The notes beneath the pieces were generated by a model, which saw nothing but the letters and a program-made list of their open reading frames with translations, did not search any database and was not told where the DNA came from. This document shows positions 1 to 9,178 of a stretch of 64,000 nt of DNA, piece by piece. The position numbers and the translations under genes were made by a program. Origin of the DNA: an uncultured virus (IMG/VR IMGVR_UViG_3300031595_000004) (lineage: Duplodnaviria > Heunggongvirae > Uroviricota > Caudoviricetes); IMG/VR virus record IMGVR_UViG_3300031595_000004; one strand, given 5' to 3'. How positions within the stretch are numbered: the first letter of the stretch is position 1; each line of letters starts with the position of its first letter.

Positions 1-925
1 CATGACCAGATACGTTCGAAGGATCGACGAAGAATGCGGTGATAGTCCACGGTGTCCGAACGCCTGCTAGCGCGACTGCTACTATTCCGGATACGGTAGA
101 CGCAGTTATTCCAGTTCCAGAATCGACCGCGAGAATACCTGTATTGCTTACCGTGGCGACTCCGCTAACAGTGGAAACGCCGATGCCTGCCGCCGCATCG
201 ACCGCAAGCACACCTTCATTATTGACCGTAGGAGTGTCGATGGGTCCAGTGATACCGATTCCTACTCCTGGTAGGACCGCAGTAACGCCGCCACCTCCCC
301 CACTTGGCCACGGAGCTGGCGTAATTCCTTGCCCTGCGAAGTATTCTTCAGATGCAAGAATGAGAGCGATGATAGCTTCTGAGACCGCGGTGAAAGTGCT
401 TGAATTAGTGTTTCTCGCGTTCGCGAGCGTATCCCTGTCTTCCCAAACTGCTTTGCACGTTTTCTCGATAACGAAGACTTGAAGCGTATCAGGAGGATTC
501 GTATCCGGATCTGCCTCCCACGCGAGATCGAAGCTCATCGCAAAGGCGCCAGCAATGCGCGTGAATCCTACGTAATCCGCCGTAGTTGAGTCAAGAAGCC
601 ATCTCGACGAACCGACCAACCCTGAGATAGCCCCAGAGTACGCAGCCGTATAGACCGTAAGATTGACGGGAGTGTATCGGAAGTGGTGAGCTCCCATCTT
701 CTCTTCGGTCGACAACGATGCGCGGATGCCTGTAGACGGTCCGGAGATGGGCGCGATTATCGCTTTCCCTATTTCCGTCGGCCTTCGTGGCGGATAGACA
801 ATTGGGGCGGCAGGAGGAGGAAGCTCTCCACTTTGAAGTACCACGTTTTTCCGTTTGGGCCTAAGTCCGGTGGACGCGGCTGGCGCTACGGCTGCGTACG
901 GACCTGGCTTTTTAGGTGTGGACAT
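1..925 (-). CDS. Fibre/spike protein, family A (runs off window), near-identical paralogue of 1030-3282
   Basis: Hand-translated from ATG at 925: MSTPKKPGP...[28 protein letters not shown] 1-760 closely matches 2304-3140 but lacks one 75-bp repeat unit. Confidence 0.8.
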   Translation of the reverse strand, partial: MSTPKKPGPYAAVAPAASTGLRPKRKNVVLQSGELPPPAAPIVYPPRRPTEIGKAIIAPISGPSTGIRASLSTEEKMGAHHFRYTPVNLTVYTAAYSGAISGLVGSSRWLLDSTTADYVGFTRIAGAFAMSFDLAWEADPDTNPPDTLQVFVIEKTCKAVWEDRDTLANARNTNSSTFTAVSEAIIALILASEEYFAGQGITPAPWPSGGGGGVTAVLPGVGIGITGPIDTPTVNNEGVLAVDAAAGIGVSTVSGVATVSNTGILAVDSGTGITASTVSGIVAVALAGVRTPWTITAFFVDPSNVSGH

Positions 926-1029
926 TTTGCTTTATCCCTTACGCTCCACCAATAATTGACGTATCCTGGACCGACAAAATGCCTGTGTAATCTACAAGCG
1001 AAATTAGTGCGTGAATTACTTGAGTCTCT

Positions 1030-3282
1030 TTAGTTTGGCAAATGTATAATCCCGACAATACTCGCTTCTGTACTGACGTCGTGCGCTTGGTAGTCGAATC
1101 CGCCGGAACCTATAGGAGCTATAAAGTTCGCCCAAGTGGTTGCTCGTGTTGGGACTCCGCCCGCTTCCGTATAAGCTCCTACAGTTTCATTCCACGCTCT
1201 CGCGACGTAGATTTGGCCCGTACTGTCATAGAATGCAAAATCTTGACTTCCAGTAACTGACGGAACATCGCCTACAGTAACTGTGAGTATGCCTCCCGGG
1301 AACATCGTAATACCAGGACCCATATTCCCATTTCCCCATAGAAGCGTATCTGTTGCAAAAATGCCAGCGCTTATAAGCAGTGCCCCTTTAGCATCTTGAA
1401 TATCTTGAAATTGAATTCCGGCGCCGATTCCTGCGAATGTGGTAACATTCGAATAGCTTCCTTGTGAGATAAAGAACGGATCGCCTGTAACGTATACGTC
1501 TCCACTAAGACTGACTAGTCCTTGTGAAAAATCGTCGGCAGTCGTAACGAGAACCCCTGCGTTGATGGGAATGTCTGCGCCACTAAGATTGATAATTCCA
1601 AGACCGAGAAAACAGTGATTAAGATCTGTTGATCCAAAGAATGGAAAGTTACTGAAGCTACATCGAGTGCATATATTAGACAGAAATACACTACTGAAGC
1701 CATCAAATGCGAAGTCCTGAAATGTCACTCCCTGCACATCTGCGCCCAGTACTGGAGTGTAGATTAGAGCAAGACTCAGTGTGCTTCCACGTTGAATTGT
1801 ATACCCGTGTCCGATAGAGATCGTACCGGCCGAAATAGTTTCTGAATCGATGATATGTACTGGTCTACTCATACTTGGACTTGCCGATACTGCGGCACTT
1901 ACAATCCATGCACTATCTCCTGTTACGGAATCCTGTACATAGCAAGGCTGCGAAGCTGTTCCTCCGAGTGAAGGAATGACGTACGGCGTAAAGTCGCTTA
2001 TGTCGCTTGTATGAACGACTTGCCGTTGTCCTCCTCCTGGCGCGCTCGGGTTGATAGCAATCGTACCTGCGTTGATGGTTCCGCCCGTATGAAGGACTTG
2101 CGGTGTTCCTTGGAACGTAAGTGATCCTAAAGTACCAAGTCCGATTGAAACTGTAGACAAGTCGAGCTGGACTTGGCCAATATCGTCGCTCATATAGGTC
2201 ACGATGCAGTCGACCTGGACGTCATGCAAGAATATGCGTTTATTGAATTCGGCGGTAGTCAGAATTGGCGTAGTCGCTGTGAGTCCGTCATTCGAATCGC
2301 TCGCATGACCAGATACGTTCGAAGGATCGACGAAGAATGCGGTGATAGTCCACGGTGTCCGAACGCCTGCTAGCGCGACTGCTACTATTCCGGATACGGT
2401 AGACGCAGTTATTCCAGTTCCAGAATCGACTGCAAGAATACCTGTATTGCTTACCGTGGCGACTCCGCTAACGGTGGAAACGCCGATGCCTGCCGCCGCA
2501 TCGACCGCGAGAATACCTGTATTGCTTACCGTGGCGACTCCGCTAACAGTGGAAACGCCGATGCCTGCCGCCGCATCGACCGCAAGCACACCTTCATTAT
2601 TGACCGTAGGAGTGTCGATGGGTCCAGTGATACCGATTCCTACTCCTGGTAGGACCGCAGTAACGCCGCCACCTCCCCCACTTGGCCACGGAGCTGGCGT
2701 AATCCCCTGCCCTGCGAAGTACTCTTCAGATGCAAGAATGAGCGCGATGATGGCTTCTGAGACCGCGGTGAAAGTGCTTGAATTAGTCGTAGTCGAGTTG
2801 GCAAGGACATCTCTGTCTTCCCAAACGGCCTTACACGTCTTCTCGATGACGAAGACTTGAAGTGTATTGGGAGGGTTCGTGTTTGGGTCGGCCTCCCACG
2901 CAAGATCAAAACTCATTGCGAAGGCGCCCGCAATCCGTGTGAACCCTACGTAGTCCGCAAGAGTCGAGTCGAGAAGCCATCTCGAAGAGCCTACGAGCCC
3001 TGATACCGCTCCCGAATACGCGGCCGTATAGACCGTGAGATTGACGGGAGTGTATCGGAAGTGGTGACCTCCCATCTTCTCTTCTGGCGGCCTCAAAACC
3101 GCCCGAATTCCTGTAGACGGTCCAGAGATGGGCGCAATGGGCGTCTTGTCAATCTCGCTAACCTGACGAGGCGGATACTGAATCGGAACCGCTTGAGGCT
3201 CTACGTTTCCCCTTCGCTTGGGACGAAGTCCGGTAAAGTTCGGGTTGATGATAGACCGACCGCGCGGACCCCGAGACTTCAT
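1030..3282 (-). CDS. Fibre/spike protein, family A, 750 aa
   Basis: Conserved [11 protein letters not shown]...YF..QGITP.PW anchor domain, 25-aa repeats (SNTGILAVDAAAGIGVSTVSGVAT), then FFVDPSN..ASDSNDG and a beta-rich C-terminal region resembling a beta-helix spike. Confidence 0.7.
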   Translation of the reverse strand: MKSRGPRGRSIINPNFTGLRPKRRGNVEPQAVPIQYPPRQVSEIDKTPIAPISGPSTGIRAVLRPPEEKMGGHHFRYTPVNLTVYTAAYSGAVSGLVGSSRWLLDSTLADYVGFTRIAGAFAMSFDLAWEADPNTNPPNTLQVFVIEKTCKAVWEDRDVLANSTTTNSSTFTAVSEAIIALILASEEYFAGQGITPAPWPSGGGGGVTAVLPGVGIGITGPIDTPTVNNEGVLAVDAAAGIGVSTVSGVATVSNTGILAVDAAAGIGVSTVSGVATVSNTGILAVDSGTGITASTVSGIVAVALAGVRTPWTITAFFVDPSNVSGHASDSNDGLTATTPILTTAEFNKRIFLHDVQVDCIVTYMSDDIGQVQLDLSTVSIGLGTLGSLTFQGTPQVLHTGGTINAGTIAINPSAPGGGQRQVVHTSDISDFTPYVIPSLGGTASQPCYVQDSVTGDSAWIVSAAVSASPSMSRPVHIIDSETISAGTISIGHGYTIQRGSTLSLALIYTPVLGADVQGVTFQDFAFDGFSSVFLSNICTRCSFSNFPFFGSTDLNHCFLGLGIINLSGADIPINAGVLVTTADDFSQGLVSLSGDVYVTGDPFFISQGSYSNVTTFAGIGAGIQFQDIQDAKGALLISAGIFATDTLLWGNGNMGPGITMFPGGILTVTVGDVPSVTGSQDFAFYDSTGQIYVARAWNETVGAYTEAGGVPTRATTWANFIAPIGSGGFDYQAHDVSTEASIVGIIHLPN

Positions 3283-3287
3283 GGCTA

Positions 3288-3614
3288 CTAACCCCTTGGT
3301 GGATATGGCCTTGTCGCGATAGCCGGCGGCGTCATGAGCGTCCGGTCAATCTTATCGACCTTTTCGTCTAGCTCTTTCGTTTGGTCTTTTAGCTCTTTTA
3401 GCTTTTCGTTACTCTCACGCGTCGCTCGGTCGAATATCTCGCGCGTGAGAGTGCCTACCCTGAGCGTCCCTATTTCGCCTTCCACAGTATTCATGCGACT
3501 GAGGAGCGATTCAACTTTCATGTACATGCCATTGATGCCGAACGCTTTCTCCAAAAATTCTTTGAGGTCCGTCTCCGCACGTTTCACGCGCGAAAGAAGA
3601 AGACTCCAGACCAA
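3288..3614 (-). CDS. Membrane-anchored coiled-coil protein (true start may be upstream, near 3710)
   Basis: Hydrophobic N-terminal segment followed by heptad-like KLKELKDQTKELDEKVDKIDR. Confidence 0.5.
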   Translation of the reverse strand: MVWSLLLSRVKRAETDLKEFLEKAFGINGMYMKVESLLSRMNTVEGEIGTLRVGTLTREIFDRATRESNEKLKELKDQTKELDEKVDKIDRTLMTPPAIATRPYPPRG

Positions 3615-3706
3615 AAGCGACAGCGCACCAATGCAGGCGCCCCCAGCGCCGATGATAAGGGCGAGAGGGTCTGTGGTACTAGGGACGTCGGCGAGAAGGA
3701 CTAGAT

Positions 3707-4759
3707 TCAGGTAGGGTTCCTATCGAGGTAGCCAAGCCAAAGTTCGACGGCGTTTTTCTGGTGGCGCTGAAGAGCCTTGAGACCGTCTCCCGCGGCTCCA
3801 GGGTCGCTTAGGAGCGCCATCCCGATACGTGCAACGTTATGGGCGTCGTCTGGCGAAGCCTTCCATTCGTCCGGAAGCCACTCGATAGCCTCGCCTCCGA
3901 CGACAGGAACGCCCTCACTGACGGCATCGGCGGCCGTGATGTTGAAGGTCTCCGTGAACGAGACCTGCATCAAGAGATCCATGTGCGCGATGGTCCGTCG
4001 AAAGCTCGCCCAAGACTCCCATGGGGATTCGACAAGACGCGCCCAAGGCAGTCCCTTGAACATGTTCCGGATGGTGGGAAGAACGTCTTTGGCGCCGTTG
4101 GTCTCTTCGCGGCCGACGTTGATCCAGAATTCTAGATCGCAGCGTCTTCGCTTGCCGATGATGAGCGCAGCGGCGGCCGACGTCGTGTGATTCTTTAGAA
4201 GGCGCAGTGCCCCGAATGAGCCGATAACGAGTTTTCGGTGGTCGTGCGCTTCGGAGAGTTTGGTGCTTGGGCGTTCGAGGTCGTAGAGATTCGGCAGATG
4301 CACCGCGCGCCCCTGATAGACGTTCTCGAGAATGTTACTGAGCCGGTCGCTATTGGTCGCGAGCGTGAGATTGAGTTCGACGTCTTGCATGTGCATAAGC
4401 TCACGCAAGATAGAGACTGCGCCCGGTTCGACCTGGAGAAATCCGATTTGAGAGTGCGTGCGGACGACCCAATGGATTTGCGGATTCTCGATGATAAGCT
4501 GAGACATGATATCTACAGGAATCCACGGTGCTTCTATAACGCAGTGGGTACACGTCGGAAAGAGTTTGATGTCTTTCAGAAGCGACTTGGCAGGCCAGAC
4601 ACCTAGCGGATCGCACTGAATACCGTTCTTTCGAAGAACCTTGCACGTGTGCATGGCGTTGACGCCAAGGGCACGGTGAGAGTGCGGGCCCATCTTCTGA
4701 ACATCGCGGTACACGATAACGACGTGAGCGAGATGCTTGTCTGGATTGTGGTAGTGCAT
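3707..4759 (-). CDS. Glycosyltransferase, GT-B/GT4-like
   Basis: C-terminal QVSFTETFNITAADAVSEGVPVVG resembles the GT4 E-x7-E/GxPV signature; also FGALRLLKNH. Confidence 0.75.
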   Translation of the reverse strand: MHYHNPDKHLAHVVIVYRDVQKMGPHSHRALGVNAMHTCKVLRKNGIQCDPLGVWPAKSLLKDIKLFPTCTHCVIEAPWIPVDIMSQLIIENPQIHWVVRTHSQIGFLQVEPGAVSILRELMHMQDVELNLTLATNSDRLSNILENVYQGRAVHLPNLYDLERPSTKLSEAHDHRKLVIGSFGALRLLKNHTTSAAAALIIGKRRRCDLEFWINVGREETNGAKDVLPTIRNMFKGLPWARLVESPWESWASFRRTIAHMDLLMQVSFTETFNITAADAVSEGVPVVGGEAIEWLPDEWKASPDDAHNVARIGMALLSDPGAAGDGLKALQRHQKNAVELWLGYLDRNPT

Positions 4760-4806
4760 GAATTGGCTATCGGCGCTCTTTGAGTTAGAGATACACTTCA
4801 AACATA

Positions 4807-4835
4807 AGTATACACTATTTCGATATAGAAAGCAA
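4807..4835 (-). promoter_or_regulatory. sigma70-type promoter
   Basis: TTGCTT-N17-TATACT on minus strand, upstream of the glycosyltransferase. Confidence 0.6.
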
Positions 4836-4838
4836 GTG

Positions 4839-5102
4839 CTAAGTGTGGTATTTACAAGGAAGCGGCGCTCCGCAAAAGCACGTATTCGCGCGAATGGTCT
4901 TATTACGAAGGTTGAGCCATTCTGGAATCATGAATACGTCGACGGGATAACAATCTGTTTTTCCAAAAAGCTTGACCCAAGTTTCTTTTGCCACTTCTAC
5001 TTGGTAGAGAACGTCTTTACAGATAGTATCACCGTAATCACGGTTTGCTTTGACGACGTCCCCAGGCGAGAAGGCGCTCATAGCCACTGAAGTACTTTCC
5101 AA
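4839..5102 (-). CDS. Small hypothetical protein with C-terminal Cys/His cluster
   Basis: ORF on the coding strand, ends CFCGAPLPCKYH. Confidence 0.45.
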   Translation of the reverse strand: MESTSVAMSAFSPGDVVKANRDYGDTICKDVLYQVEVAKETWVKLFGKTDCYPVDVFMIPEWLNLRNKTIRANTCFCGAPLPCKYHT

Positions 5103-5545
5103 ACGATATACGTGACGCCCGCGACCTGGATGGTCTTTCGAATAACGCGTCCGTAGTCTTGCTCGTAGAGAAGTTCTTCTGCTAACTCCTTGAAGTCCTT
5201 TCTACCTTTTTCACGTTTACTCTCGAGTACAATCCGATTCTGAAACTTGTCCCATGTGACAGGCTCTCCGGCTTGCCACTTATCTCCCAATTCATCAATT
5301 ACCTGCCATGGGACCGCAATCTTGTAGAGTCCAAGTGGGTCGTAGAAGTTCTCAGTGACCGGATCGAATATCCAGGGGTCTCCTCCACCTTGCAAGTAGT
5401 AAAGAAACTGAGACCCGTAAGGCGGATGAAGGTAATCAAGGTCAAACCATCCAGCCGCCTGCCCTGGGTCATTGCTCGTAAAGACGTCTACGTCGAACCA
5501 CGCGCTAGCGCCGGCAACCGAGTAGTCGAAGATGCCGGCGGACAC
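5078..5545 (-). CDS. Hypothetical protein
   Basis: 155-aa ORF packed in the operon. Confidence 0.55.
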   Translation of the reverse strand: MSAGIFDYSVAGASAWFDVDVFTSNDPGQAAGWFDLDYLHPPYGSQFLYYLQGGGDPWIFDPVTENFYDPLGLYKIAVPWQVIDELGDKWQAGEPVTWDKFQNRIVLESKREKGRKDFKELAEELLYEQDYGRVIRKTIQVAGVTYIVWKVLQWL

Positions 5546-5555
5546 GTGGGTAACC

Positions 5556-6191
5556 TTATGCTTGCTTGGTCAAGCGAGCCATCCAATCTACCGTGACATT
5601 CCAGAGCGTTTTGAAGCGCTCCGTTTGCACGTCTTGACTCCGGAGGCCCTCTTCGTTCGGCATCGAATGCGTAACGTCAAGACCGAAGTTACATGTCACT
5701 CGGTAGTGGTCGAGTCCGTTCTGTTTTCGCCATGCGCGTGCGAAGTAGAGAAAGGTCTCCTGCATGAAAAAGCGTCGATGGGTGGGGTCCCAAAAGGCGC
5801 GATTGCTTCTACCGCTCGGGACGATGACTGTCATCCACGTGTCCGGCTTCATGATGCGCCAGCATTCGTCCATGAAGGCGAAGAGCATGTCTGCGCCGAC
5901 GTAGCTATCATCTGCGCCGTCTCCGCCCATGAGGTCTCTAAATTCTACCTCGCGCGCAGGAACGTGTTCAAGAAGATGGGATGCGTGAATCTCGCTTATT
6001 GAATTGTCCTTGAACGGCCAAGGGAATTTGAATAGATCGACCTTGTGTGTTGCCTTATCGCCGTAGAGATCGACACCTTCGAATCCCTCTTTCGGGTTCT
6101 GGCCGCACCCGAGGTCGAGCTTGATAGGTTTGGTGGAGACGGCTTCGACAAGCTTGAGAGGAGCCTTTTTCTTATTGAGTTTCTTGGACAC
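5556..6191 (-). CDS. Class I SAM-dependent methyltransferase
   Basis: KLDLGCG motif I, GVD, HLLEH, WRIMKP, DPTH. Confidence 0.85.
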   Translation of the reverse strand: MSKKLNKKKAPLKLVEAVSTKPIKLDLGCGQNPKEGFEGVDLYGDKATHKVDLFKFPWPFKDNSISEIHASHLLEHVPAREVEFRDLMGGDGADDSYVGADMLFAFMDECWRIMKPDTWMTVIVPSGRSNRAFWDPTHRRFFMQETFLYFARAWRKQNGLDHYRVTCNFGLDVTHSMPNEEGLRSQDVQTERFKTLWNVTVDWMARLTKQA

Positions 6192-6218
6192 TTGAATACC
6201 TCGCGTTTAGTGATTGAA

Positions 6219-6428
6219 TTATTCTTTGCCGATAGTGACCGTGACGCTTGCGTGAGCATTGCACCTTGAGCAAATGATCTCGCATTCGAGAATGTTGTGA
6301 TTGAATGGGCTCACTGCGGGCAAATCCCATTTATGGCCCTTGAGCGCGCACCATTTCTTTTTTAGCGCTTGTTCTTCTGCCAATAGGAGCGTTTCGGCCC
6401 GCGCTACATCTTCTTTACTGAGACCCAT
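6219..6428 (-). CDS. Small Zn-binding hypothetical protein
   Basis: C..GHKW...CSRC pattern. Confidence 0.5.
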   Translation of the reverse strand: MGLSKEDVARAETLLLAEEQALKKKWCALKGHKWDLPAVSPFNHNILECEIICSRCNAHASVTVTIGKE

Positions 6429-6442
6429 TTCGCTTTTACTCC

Positions 6443-7267
6443 TTAGTAAATCGTACCCGATCCGATATCGAGATGGCCGACGTGAACCCGCAGATCAACT
6501 GCTAGTCTTTTACCAGCCATGACGGCTTTTTGGCAGAAGCTCAGGTCTTGTGTCATTCCGACAACGCCCTTGCCAGGCACAAGATCATTGAGCGTTACGT
6601 ACCATGGTGGAGCAATATCCCGAAAAAGACTCATTCTCCAGAGCGCGCACCCCATCGCAATCCCGTTCACGCGCATCACTTGTCCAGCCGCAAGTGCCTC
6701 TCTCACGTCCCTTGGCCGAAAGTCAAGTGCCCCCGTCCTCGTGTACTCGTCCGGGTCCCCATACGCCATAGGCATATTCATTTCGCCCTTGGTGAAGTAA
6801 AGGCCACTGACGGCGTCGTAGTTCCCCCATTCAATTGTTTCGAGAAGCCGGATATGGGCATCGGGCGGAGGGATGTTGTCGTCTTCGAGCGTCATGATAT
6901 ACTTCCAATTCTTGAGCTCCGGATGCTCGAGAATCATCTTAATCATGGCGTCGTAGGCTTTGCCGACTTCGTGACCAGAAGCGAAGAGCATTGCCCGCTT
7001 TTGGTTCATTGGCGAGATGAGTCCCTGCCAGGCACTTACTACTCTGGAAGCGATGAGACCTTCTATCTCTTGCCCGATAGCGTTCTTGTACTTGCCGCGC
7101 GTCGGGATGACGATGACTGTCGAATTGTCTTTGTATGTCGTTCCTACGATGTGCTCGACTCGCTCGAATCCGAGGCCCGGCTTTCTCATCTGCTGGACGA
7201 CGTCACTCACGGCTATCTTGTCGGCGGCAATGTTGAGATTGGTCTTCTTGAGTTTTGTCTTGGCCAT
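6443..7267 (-). CDS. Glycosyltransferase, GT-A/GT2-like
   Basis: VIVIPTRG, LEDD (DxD-like), AVSGLYF, GMGC-like AMGCAL, QDLSFC, VGH. Confidence 0.8.
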   Translation of the reverse strand: MAKTKLKKTNLNIAADKIAVSDVVQQMRKPGLGFERVEHIVGTTYKDNSTVIVIPTRGKYKNAIGQEIEGLIASRVVSAWQGLISPMNQKRAMLFASGHEVGKAYDAMIKMILEHPELKNWKYIMTLEDDNIPPPDAHIRLLETIEWGNYDAVSGLYFTKGEMNMPMAYGDPDEYTRTGALDFRPRDVREALAAGQVMRVNGIAMGCALWRMSLFRDIAPPWYVTLNDLVPGKGVVGMTQDLSFCQKAVMAGKRLAVDLRVHVGHLDIGSGTIY

Positions 7268-7287
7268 TTCCTTGTCCAATTCTTGAA

Positions 7288-9177
7288 TTAGGTACCCTGA
7301 AATAGAAGCCACGGTTGCTGGAATGCGCTAGATCCTGATCGAATGTAACCCGACGTATTCGATACACTAATTGCGGCCGGAAGTCCAGCCGTACTTGCTT
7401 GCGTGAGACCTGGGAAAACAAGGTTAGTGAGCTGATTTGCAAGCGCGACTATCGTATTGAGTTGATAAATTCCGTATAGGGACATGCTTGCAGAGTTCGT
7501 TGTCTGCGCGTTGAAGGCAAATACGTAAAGTCCTGGCGTAAATACCCAGGAGTTGAGACTCATCTGCCGATAGCCGACTCCTGTCTGACTCGAGAAGGCT
7601 GCTCCCGATGTCCACGTATAGGCAGACGTCGAAGAGCTTGCGAGATTGAGCGTTCCTGTCGTACCGCCTGCGAGTGTATAGACTCCAAGACTGAACGAGA
7701 TGACGCCGCTTGAATTGGTAAGTCCAGAAAAGTTGGCGAGCCAGATTGCGTTCGTTGCTGTGATGGCATAGTCCACAACAATTGGGTTGAGACTCAAAAA
7801 ACCGTTACTGGACCTAAACGACGAGACAATTTGCCCGTTACTCCAACTTGAGAACCCTCCGTAGTCGAGTGTGATTACGCTTGAATTACTCATCCCAAAC
7901 GAGAAGCCGTTCGAGTTGGCGAATGATAGGGTCCCACTTCCAATGAATGATTGAGTTCCAGCGACGATAACACCGTACTTTTGAGAAGCGGTAATAACTG
8001 AACCGTTCAGACCGAAGGAGATACCGTTCGAGTTCGAGAACGTGACCGCGTTGAGGTTATTCGAAGTGGTGCCGGCCGAGATGTTGAAATTGTAGGAAGC
8101 GGTGATAACAGAATTGGCATTCTGTATCCCAAAGGAGATGTTGTTTGAATTTGAAAATACAAACTCTGAAGAATAACCGATACCTGTTCCTGCTGATAGG
8201 GCAATTGACGGTTGGACTATTGTAGCAGTGATAACGGCCCCACCGGCCACGTTTGTTGTTAGACCGAATGTAATAGCAGCATTGTTACTAAATGTGAGCT
8301 GGGTTGCGAACTGTTCAAATCCTGGTACGGATATTTCCATTCCAGCATTCGCCGTAATCGTGGAGCCATTCAATCCAAACGAGACGTTGTTCAAGTTCGA
8401 GAATGTGACCGCCGACAGATTATTCGAAGTTGTCCCCGCGCTCACGTTGATGTTCGAAAGCGACGTTGCAATGGATGCAGAAATTGAACCGCCAGTATAC
8501 CCCCAAGAAACGCCATTTGAATTCGCGAATGCAAAATTGGTAGATTCGAGTTGGTTTGCGCCTGCTGAGATTAGAATTGGCGCATAAGCCGTAATCGTTC
8601 CACTGCTTCCAGGACCTCCGCTGAGACCAAAGATAACATTGTAACTACTTGAGAATTCTATCTGCGTTAGACTTCTGGAACCAAGGGCTGGATCTACGAA
8701 TACGATAGGTGCATTTGCCGTAATCGTGGAGCCATTCAATCCAAACGAGACGTTGTTCGAGTTCGAGAACGTGACCGCCGATAGGTTATTGGATGTCGTT
8801 CCCGCCGAGAAGTTGATACTTCCTTGCGCCGCTCCCGCGCTCGCTGTGATGGCGGAGGCTCCGTTGAATCCGAATGACACATTCCCGACGTTCGATAACG
8901 TAACGGCCGACTGATAAAAAGACGTCGTTCCGGCCGACACGAGAATGTTGGTAAGAAGCGTCCCTCCCGACGAAAGTGACCCTGAACCGTTGGGGAACCA
9001 AATCGTTTCGTTATTAGAGTGGGAAGCTCCAATCTGAAGGATGCCGGCTGAATTCGAGAAGCTTTGATAGATCGTGGTCGCAAGAGAATTGCCAATGACG
9101 AACGCTTCGCCCAAGTCATAGAGCGTATCGCCACTAAGCTGTACGAGATCGTTGAAATTGCCGGTTGTATCCGTCAT
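7288..9177 (-). CDS. Fibre-like protein, family B (Ser/Asn/Gly repeats)
   Basis: Repeated SAGTTSNNLSAVTFSNSNNVSFGLNGSTITA units; C-terminal domain shared with the two neighbours. Confidence 0.7.
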   Translation of the reverse strand: MTDTTGNFNDLVQLSGDTLYDLGEAFVIGNSLATTIYQSFSNSAGILQIGASHSNNETIWFPNGSGSLSSGGTLLTNILVSAGTTSFYQSAVTLSNVGNVSFGFNGASAITASAGAAQGSINFSAGTTSNNLSAVTFSNSNNVSFGLNGSTITANAPIVFVDPALGSRSLTQIEFSSSYNVIFGLSGGPGSSGTITAYAPILISAGANQLESTNFAFANSNGVSWGYTGGSISASIATSLSNINVSAGTTSNNLSAVTFSNLNNVSFGLNGSTITANAGMEISVPGFEQFATQLTFSNNAAITFGLTTNVAGGAVITATIVQPSIALSAGTGIGYSSEFVFSNSNNISFGIQNANSVITASYNFNISAGTTSNNLNAVTFSNSNGISFGLNGSVITASQKYGVIVAGTQSFIGSGTLSFANSNGFSFGMSNSSVITLDYGGFSSWSNGQIVSSFRSSNGFLSLNPIVVDYAITATNAIWLANFSGLTNSSGVISFSLGVYTLAGGTTGTLNLASSSTSAYTWTSGAAFSSQTGVGYRQMSLNSWVFTPGLYVFAFNAQTTNSASMSLYGIYQLNTIVALANQLTNLVFPGLTQASTAGLPAAISVSNTSGYIRSGSSAFQQPWLLFQGT

Positions 9178-9178
9178 T

